A stretch of DNA of 24,000 bases, taken from contig JAVZCJ010000004.1 in NCBI GenBank assembly GCA_038874475.1, positions 48,127 to 72,126 of the forward strand, written 5' to 3'. Source of the DNA: Nitrososphaerota archaeon (GTDB lineage Archaea > Thermoproteota > Nitrososphaeria_A > Caldarchaeales > JAVZCJ01). Below are positions 18,445 through 24,000 of the stretch, in pieces. The translations under genes were made by a program, and so were the position numbers. Under the pieces are notes generated by a model, which was not told where the DNA came from, made no database searches, and saw only the letters and a list, made by a program, of their open reading frames with translations. The stretch's first letter is position 1, and each line of letters begins with the position of its first letter.

Positions 18445-18597
18445 TTAAAACACCATGAATTTGTTTGTCTTATCTAATAAATAAATCTTTTAATATTAAA
18501 CTACTATAATTTTTGAATTTTTTAAAAAAACTTTATAATAAATAATTTATTTCTTAAAAATTCAATTTTTCTAATATTAGATCTTTTATTGATATAT

Positions 18598-19023
18598 TTA
18601 ATATAAGCTTAATGGTTCAATTCTTTTAATAAAATCAACTTTGTCAAGTTCTTTATCAGCTGATATTATTTCATGTATCATATTTAATTCCATAGAAGCT
18701 AAATGAATATAATCAATTCCACTTATTCTATATCTATATTCAGAAGCTCTTCTTATTATGGCAAAATTAAGCTCTATCCATTTTATTGGCAAAGATAAGA
18801 TGGCATCTATATTCTTTTTTATATCAAGCTCTTTTTCTTTTCTCTCTTTTAAAATTTCATTTATTTTCTTTAGAACATTTACAATTTCGACTAAAACCAA
18901 TATTGAAGCATAAGCCTCTAATTTCTTTTTTTCAATATTCTCTAAAATTTTCTTACAAACTTCTCCATATTTTGGATGATTTTCTATAGCATAAATAAAA
19001 ATATTTGTATCAATATATTTCAT
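18598..19023 (-). CDS. vapC: VapC-type PIN-domain toxin
   Basis: MKYIDTNIFIYA..., conserved acidic residues (TNIFIY, LVEIVN, ISGIDYIHLASM, EIISADKELDKV). Overlaps the AbrB antitoxin by 4 nt. Confidence 0.9.
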   Translation of the reverse strand: MKYIDTNIFIYAIENHPKYGEVCKKILENIEKKKLEAYASILVLVEIVNVLKKINEILKERKEKELDIKKNIDAILSLPIKWIELNFAIIRRASEYRYRISGIDYIHLASMELNMIHEIISADKELDKVDFIKRIEPLSLY

Positions 19024-19250
19024 TTAAATTCTTCTCTCGTTTCTTTAACTAGCTTAACAGCATCCAAATTAAGTTTTGTTTGAGAAGTTAAAAATTTAAC
19101 AGGCTCTTTTACTTTTGGTGATGCTTGTAATATTATCTTTCCTTGAATAACGTACCATTCTACTTCTTCTCCTGGTTTTATATTCAATATTTCTCTTATT
19201 TTTTTAGGAATCGTAGTTTGATATTTTTGAGTTACCTTTGTTTTTTCCAT
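19020..19250 (-). CDS. vapB: VapB-type antitoxin (AbrB/SpoVT swapped-hairpin)
   Basis: TKVTQKYQTTIPKKIREILNIKPGEEVEWYVIQGKIIL is the classic AbrB-type motif. Confidence 0.92.
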   Translation of the reverse strand: MEKTKVTQKYQTTIPKKIREILNIKPGEEVEWYVIQGKIILQASPKVKEPVKFLTSQTKLNLDAVKLVKETREEFK

Positions 19251-19450
19251 ACAAGTAAGGAGAGTATTACTAGTATTTAAAATTTTACTTTAATAATAAT
19301 CGTAAAAACATTGTTCAAGTTTTTAAATATTTTTCAAATTCTTTATGAAAGCTTTTAAATGAAAAAAGCAAGTAAAGATATTCTAATTATGAATTTAAAA
19401 AATTAATTAATAAAAAGCTTATATTCTCAAAAATAGATAATTTATTTACA

Positions 19451-20161
19451 ATGAATAGTATAAAACCAAGTAAAGAATTAAGTCTTAGTGAAATACTAAC
19501 TATTTCATTTGATCTCTATAAAAAACATTTCATTAATTTAATAATACCTTTCATCGTATCAGGAGTAATTAGTTTTATTTTAATGGCATCTTTTGGATTT
19601 TTTGCATTTTTTGGATTTATGGGTCGAGGATTTGCTGCTCTTCCTGGATTGATTGGCTTAATATTTTTAGCTGGAATTGTTAGCTTTATTATCAATTTAA
19701 TTGTTGCAGGAATAGCTATAAAATATACTGGAGATGTAATTGAAGGTGGCTCTCCAACTTTAAATACTGCATTAAATTATACGATCAGTAGAATTGTAGA
19801 TTTAATAATTGCATCTATAATAGTATCAATAGTTGTTTTTATAGGGCTTATACTATTAATAATTCCTGGCATAATACTTGGCATAATGTTTATGTTAACA
19901 ATACATGTAGTAATGCTAGAAGGGAAAAGTGCAATTGAAGCAATGTCAAGAAGCAAAAATTTAGTAAATAAAAGATGGTTAAGTGCTTTCTTACTAATAA
20001 TTATAATACTTATAATTTCTATTATAATTTCTATGATACCATTAATAGGACCATTACTTATGATTTTAGCTTATCCTTATTTTGTAGTAGTTTTAACATT
20101 CTTTTATTATTCTATGAAAGCTAAAGAAGCAGTACAATTACCGCCACCAACTCAACTATAA
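19451..20161 (+). CDS. Multi-pass membrane protein, glycerophosphoryl-diester-phosphodiesterase-membrane-domain-like
   Basis: 236 aa with about six hydrophobic helices and N-terminal LSLSEILTISFDLYKKHF, a pattern common in this membrane family. Confidence 0.6.
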   Translation: MNSIKPSKELSLSEILTISFDLYKKHFINLIIPFIVSGVISFILMASFGFFAFFGFMGRGFAALPGLIGLIFLAGIVSFIINLIVAGIAIKYTGDVIEGGSPTLNTALNYTISRIVDLIIASIIVSIVVFIGLILLIIPGIILGIMFMLTIHVVMLEGKSAIEAMSRSKNLVNKRWLSAFLLIIIILIISIIISMIPLIGPLLMILAYPYFVVVLTFFYYSMKAKEAVQLPPPTQL

Positions 20162-20328
20162 TTACCTTTTTCTTTTACTCCCTTTTTTATTTTATTTAAT
20201 GAGTTATAATTTAAATAATTAAAAAATTTAATGCTTTTTTAAACTTTCATATCTAAAATTAAATAAGGATAAATTACTATTTTGTAGTTTTTTAGGTCTT
20301 TACTTTTATATTTTTTCTTTTAAATTTG

Positions 20329-20340
20329 AACGTTAACGTT
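20329..20340. promoter_or_regulatory. Perfect 12-bp palindrome AACGTTAACGTT upstream of the NrpR-like gene
   Basis: Self-complementary, about 35 nt before the probable ATG start at 20375. Confidence 0.4.
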
Positions 20341-20374
20341 AAATATTTTAAAGATTATTATTTTAAATAGGTTT

Positions 20375-21355
20375 ATGTCTGAAAAATATGAAATTTCAAG
20401 AAAAGAAATCGAGATACTAAAGATACTAAGCGAGTCAACAGAACCTATCGGATCAACAATTATTCGACGAGAGCTAGAGAAAAGAGGTTTTTTTCTTAGT
20501 GAAAGAACTATAAGATATCATCTTAAATTATTAGAATTAAAAGGTTTAGTTTCAGGACATGAGCGAAGTGGAAGAACTATAACTAGTAAAGGTTTAGAAG
20601 AATTAAGTAGAGCTTTAGTATCTTATAGACTTGGCTTTGTTATTACTCGCTTTTTATCAATGGCTTATTCAGTTACGTATGATCCAATTGCAGATTCTGG
20701 AATGGTGGTTGCTAATGTTTCAATTATAGATAAATCTTTTTATGATAAAACTATTGAAATATTAAAATCTTTACATAAAGAAGGCTTATTATTAGCTCCA
20801 TATATTAAGGTGCTAGATGAAAATGAAGAATATCAAAACATAGTTACTCCAGAAGGAAAAATAGCTCTTTTTACAGTTTGCGATTTAACTATAGATGGTG
20901 TTCTTATACGTTCAGGAATTCCCTTATTCTTTAAATATGGTGGATTGGTTCAAGTAGTGAATCGAAAACCAATACGCATTATTGAATTAATTTCCTATGA
21001 AGGAACTACTATTCCTCCGCTTGAACTTTTTGTTCGAAGTAATCAAACTTCGATTATTAAAGTAATGAAGACAGGATCTGGATTATTGCCTGCTGCTTTA
21101 AGGGAAATTGTTACTGAAGCAAGAGAGAAAACGCTTAAGATTCTTTCAACATTAAAGGATAGAGAATGGGGAGGTATTTTAGCTGTAGGCGTTCCTAATG
21201 AACCAATTCTTGGTGTTCCAATAGCTATGGATAGGTTTGGTTTGTGTATGATAGGTGGTCTTACTCCTAGTGCAGCTCTTTTAGAGGAAGGTGTAAAAAT
21301 TGAAACATTTGCACCTCATTGTTTAATCCCTCTTGAAGAAATGAATAAAATATAG
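20375..21355 (+). CDS. NrpR-like transcriptional regulator (winged helix + one DUF128 domain)
   Basis: wHTH EILKILSESTEPIGSTIIRRELEKRGFFLSERTIRYHLKLLELKGLV, then DUF128-like GMVVANVSIID... and WGGILAVGVPNEPILGVPIAMDRFGLCMIGGLTPSAAL. Confidence 0.85.
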   Translation: MSEKYEISRKEIEILKILSESTEPIGSTIIRRELEKRGFFLSERTIRYHLKLLELKGLVSGHERSGRTITSKGLEELSRALVSYRLGFVITRFLSMAYSVTYDPIADSGMVVANVSIIDKSFYDKTIEILKSLHKEGLLLAPYIKVLDENEEYQNIVTPEGKIALFTVCDLTIDGVLIRSGIPLFFKYGGLVQVVNRKPIRIIELISYEGTTIPPLELFVRSNQTSIIKVMKTGSGLLPAALREIVTEAREKTLKILSTLKDREWGGILAVGVPNEPILGVPIAMDRFGLCMIGGLTPSAALLEEGVKIETFAPHCLIPLEEMNKI

Positions 21356-21386
21356 CTATTTTTTATAAAAAATTATAATATGTTCT

Positions 21387-22769
21387 TTAATGTTTATTCA
21401 TTAAATAAATGTTTATTGACTTAGCAGCTCTCTTTCCAGCTTCTATAGCTTTTATAACAGATGCTGCACCACTAACTACATCTCCACCTGCAAAAATTCC
21501 ATTAGTAGCTTCCAATGTCTCTGGATTAACAAGTATGGTTTTTTGTTTATCTGAAATTTTGATTTTCCTTGAAGTATTTTTCGTTGCTATAATATTAGGA
21601 ATATGTTTTGTTGCTATAATAACAGTTTCTGTATTATAAAGAATTTTAGAATTTTTTTCTGGAATTAATTCAATTTCTCCAGTTTTATTATTTAGCATTT
21701 GCTTTAATCTTATAAGTTCAACTTGTTTTACCCATCTTTTTTCATTTCCAATTAATCTTACTGGCTTAGTAAATGGTTGAAGATTTACACCTTCTTCTAT
21801 CCCACGTCTAATATCATCAGCTCTCCCTACAATTTTATATTGATAGAATATGAAAACTTCTTCAGCTCCTAATCTAAGAGCACATCTTGCAGCATCCATT
21901 CCTCTAGCACCTAATACTGCAACTTTACCTTGAACCTTAATTGGAGTTTTGCTTTTATATGGAAAAGCATAAGCCCTCATTAAATTTATCCTAATAAGAA
22001 ACTCATTTAAAGAATAAACTCCACATAGATTTTCTCCTGGGATGCCTAAAAACTTGGGCAAACCTGCTCCTGTACCAAGAAAAATAGCATCAAATCCTTT
22101 ATTAAAGAGATCATCTATTGTTAGTGTTTTTCCTATGATAATATTCGTTTTTATTTCAACTCCAAGTTTTTTAATATATTCAATTTCTTTTTTAACAACC
22201 TTTTTTGGTAAACGAAATTCTGGAATTCCATAAATTAAGACTCCTCCTGCTTCATGTAATGCTTCGAAAATAGTTACGTGATGACCCATTTTTGCTAATT
22301 CCGTAGCTATACTTAAACCTGCAGGTCCACTACCTACAATCGCTATGCTTTTTCCAGTAAACGAAAAAGTTTCAAAAACATTCCTTTCTTTTTCTAAACA
22401 TTTATCAGCAACAAATCTTTCAAGAGCTCCTATATTAATTGGATCACCTATAGTATTTTTGCATCCCATAGCACATAATATTTCTTGTGGGCATACTCTT
22501 CCACAAATAGATGGTAAGCAATTTTTCTCACGAATTTTTTCATCAGCTTCTTCATAAGCACCTTTTCTAATGAGTTTTATGAAGCTTTTTATATCCACAT
22601 GCAATGGGCACATTTCAATGCATAATGGATTTTCACATTGAAGACATCTAGCTGCTTCAGCTAATGCTTGTTCTTCTGTATATCCTAATGCAACTTCATT
22701 AAAAGTTTTTAATCGTTCTTCTATAGGCAATTCTGGCATTGGGATTCTTTTTAATCTGATTTCCAACAT
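21387..22769 (-). CDS. gltA: GltD/SudA/NfnB-like FAD/NADPH oxidoreductase (glutamate-synthase small-subunit homolog)
   Basis: AARCLQCENPLCIEMCPLHVDI...CGRVCPQEILC Fe-S motifs, VGSGPAGLSIATELAKMGHHVTIFE, GTGAGLPKFLGIPGE, GGDVVSGAASVIKAIEAGKRAA. Confidence 0.9.
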   Translation of the reverse strand: MLEIRLKRIPMPELPIEERLKTFNEVALGYTEEQALAEAARCLQCENPLCIEMCPLHVDIKSFIKLIRKGAYEEADEKIREKNCLPSICGRVCPQEILCAMGCKNTIGDPINIGALERFVADKCLEKERNVFETFSFTGKSIAIVGSGPAGLSIATELAKMGHHVTIFEALHEAGGVLIYGIPEFRLPKKVVKKEIEYIKKLGVEIKTNIIIGKTLTIDDLFNKGFDAIFLGTGAGLPKFLGIPGENLCGVYSLNEFLIRINLMRAYAFPYKSKTPIKVQGKVAVLGARGMDAARCALRLGAEEVFIFYQYKIVGRADDIRRGIEEGVNLQPFTKPVRLIGNEKRWVKQVELIRLKQMLNNKTGEIELIPEKNSKILYNTETVIIATKHIPNIIATKNTSRKIKISDKQKTILVNPETLEATNGIFAGGDVVSGAASVIKAIEAGKRAAKSINIYLMNKH

Positions 22770-22775
22770 TTGTAT

Positions 22776-23603
22776 TTAAACTCCTCTCATAATTTTTAAA
22801 GCATTTCTTTCATCTTCATCATACATATGAACCCTGGCTCTAAGTTCCTCAAAATCCACAAGATGAGCATCAAATTCTGGTCCATCTATACATGCAAACT
22901 TAGGTTTTCCTCCAATAGTTACTCGACAACATCCACACATACCTGTCCCATCAATCATTAAAGGGTTAAGATTGACGATCGTTTTCATTTTGTAAGGTTT
23001 TGTAACGCTTGAAATATTTCTCATTAATGTTATTGCTCCTACAGCGTATACTAAATCGAATTTTTCATTTGATTCAAGCAATTTTTTAAGAATATCATTA
23101 GCATATCCCTTAATTCCCTCAGAACCATCATCAGTGACTATGTAAAGTCTATCACTAATTCTTTCAAATTCTTCTTTATAAATTAATAATTTAGAGGTCC
23201 GTGCACTTATAATAGATGTTATGTTATTACCAACTTCTTTAAGTTTTCTTGCTCTTTCATAAGCTGCTGCAATAGCTACTCCTCTACCAATAATGCATAC
23301 TTTTCCATAAAATGAGATCTTGCTTGGTTTTCCCAAAGGGCCTACTATATCATGAATCGTATCTCCAACTTCTAATTCTCCAAGTTCTTTTGTTGATGCT
23401 CCAACTTCTTTAAAAACAAGCGTTATTGTTCCTTCTTGAGAATTCCAATCTATAAGAGTTAATGGAATTCTTTCACCATCTTCATTTACTCTTAGGATTA
23501 CAAATTGTCCAGATTTAGATTTTTCAGCAATTAATGGTGCTTTAACCTTTATAATTTTAATACTTGGAGCAATTTCCTTTTTAAAAATTATCTCATTTTC
23601 CAT
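22776..23603 (-). CDS. sudB: SudB/NfnA-like sulfide dehydrogenase / ferredoxin-NADP+ reductase subunit alpha
   Basis: VLRVNEDGERIPLTLIDW, GPLGKPS, VYAVGAITLM, CGCCRVTIGGKPKFACIDGPEFDAHLVDF cluster-binding tail. Confidence 0.9.
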   Translation of the reverse strand: MENEIIFKKEIAPSIKIIKVKAPLIAEKSKSGQFVILRVNEDGERIPLTLIDWNSQEGTITLVFKEVGASTKELGELEVGDTIHDIVGPLGKPSKISFYGKVCIIGRGVAIAAAYERARKLKEVGNNITSIISARTSKLLIYKEEFERISDRLYIVTDDGSEGIKGYANDILKKLLESNEKFDLVYAVGAITLMRNISSVTKPYKMKTIVNLNPLMIDGTGMCGCCRVTIGGKPKFACIDGPEFDAHLVDFEELRARVHMYDEDERNALKIMRGV

Positions 23604-23620
23604 TTTATATAACTCCTATA

Positions 23621-24000
23621 CTACTTTTTATAAATACCAATAGAAATTTCTTTAATAATTTCTTCAGGTTTTTTTATAGAGTAAACCATATCTAAGAAAA
23701 CTTTTTTCAAATCTATTCTTTCACCATAAAGGTTAAATCTTTCTAAAGCTACGTCAAGGATTTCTGATATAAGAGGCATTTTCTTTTTGTATATTCTTCT
23801 TACGTTACTCCAACATCTACAAAAATTAGAATAATCTAATTCTATATTAAAATACTCTATTAAAATTGCGTATGCAAGCTCTTGAATTGAAAGCTTTTTA
23901 GAAAATTTCTTCTCAAAATAATCTTTTATCCCTTCACTTTTACCAATGCTGCAGATATAACTCCAATAAATATAATTATAGAATATATCTGTAGTTCTAT
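23621..24000 (-). CDS. Partial hypothetical protein, N-terminus outside window
   Basis: Reverse-strand open frame ending ...KKKMPLISEILDVALERFNLYGERIDLKKVFLDMVYSIKKPEEIIKEISIGIYKK*, about 126 codons within the window. Stop is 17 nt before sudB. Confidence 0.55.
   Translation of the reverse strand, partial: RTTDIFYNYIYWSYICSIGKSEGIKDYFEKKFSKKLSIQELAYAILIEYFNIELDYSNFCRCWSNVRRIYKKKMPLISEILDVALERFNLYGERIDLKKVFLDMVYSIKKPEEIIKEISIGIYKK

Overview
AT-rich archaeal chromosomal window, probably Thermoproteota-like judging from Alba, NAC, TFE, DUF2110, RPA-like and SWIM genes plus a multi-intron tRNA. Most of it is ordinary housekeeping content: a DsrE/TusA/cysteine-desulfurase sulfur-relay run, Alba, a class-III aminotransferase, an RPA-like OB protein, a metallophosphoesterase, NAC, threonine synthase, an MBF1-like protein, HflX, TFE, DUF2110, VapBC, an NrpR-like regulator, and SudA/SudB (NfnB/NfnA-like) oxidoreductase subunits. 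No CRISPR array, transposase or recognisable multi-gene defence system was seen. The most interesting items are: (1) an ArsR-like winged helix + ATP-cone + degenerate class III ribonucleotide reductase (NrdD)-like protein at about 11117-13111. It lacks the expected catalytic cysteines and glycyl-radical tail, probably starts at a non-ATG codon, and has a perfect 12-bp palindrome over its predicted transcription start. It looks like a nucleotide-sensing regulator made from a dead enzyme. (2) A membrane-anchored HerA/TraG-like ATPase with a degraded Walker A, translationally coupled to an intact RadB/RecA-like ATPase. (3) A tRNA-Val(GAC) interrupted by two tiny non-canonical insertions (15 and 18 nt). 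(4) A tRNA-Pro(CGG) with A37. (5) An NrpR-like regulator with an AACGTTAACGTT palindrome, convergent with the SudAB genes. (6) A higher-GC islet just downstream of the tRNA-Val.
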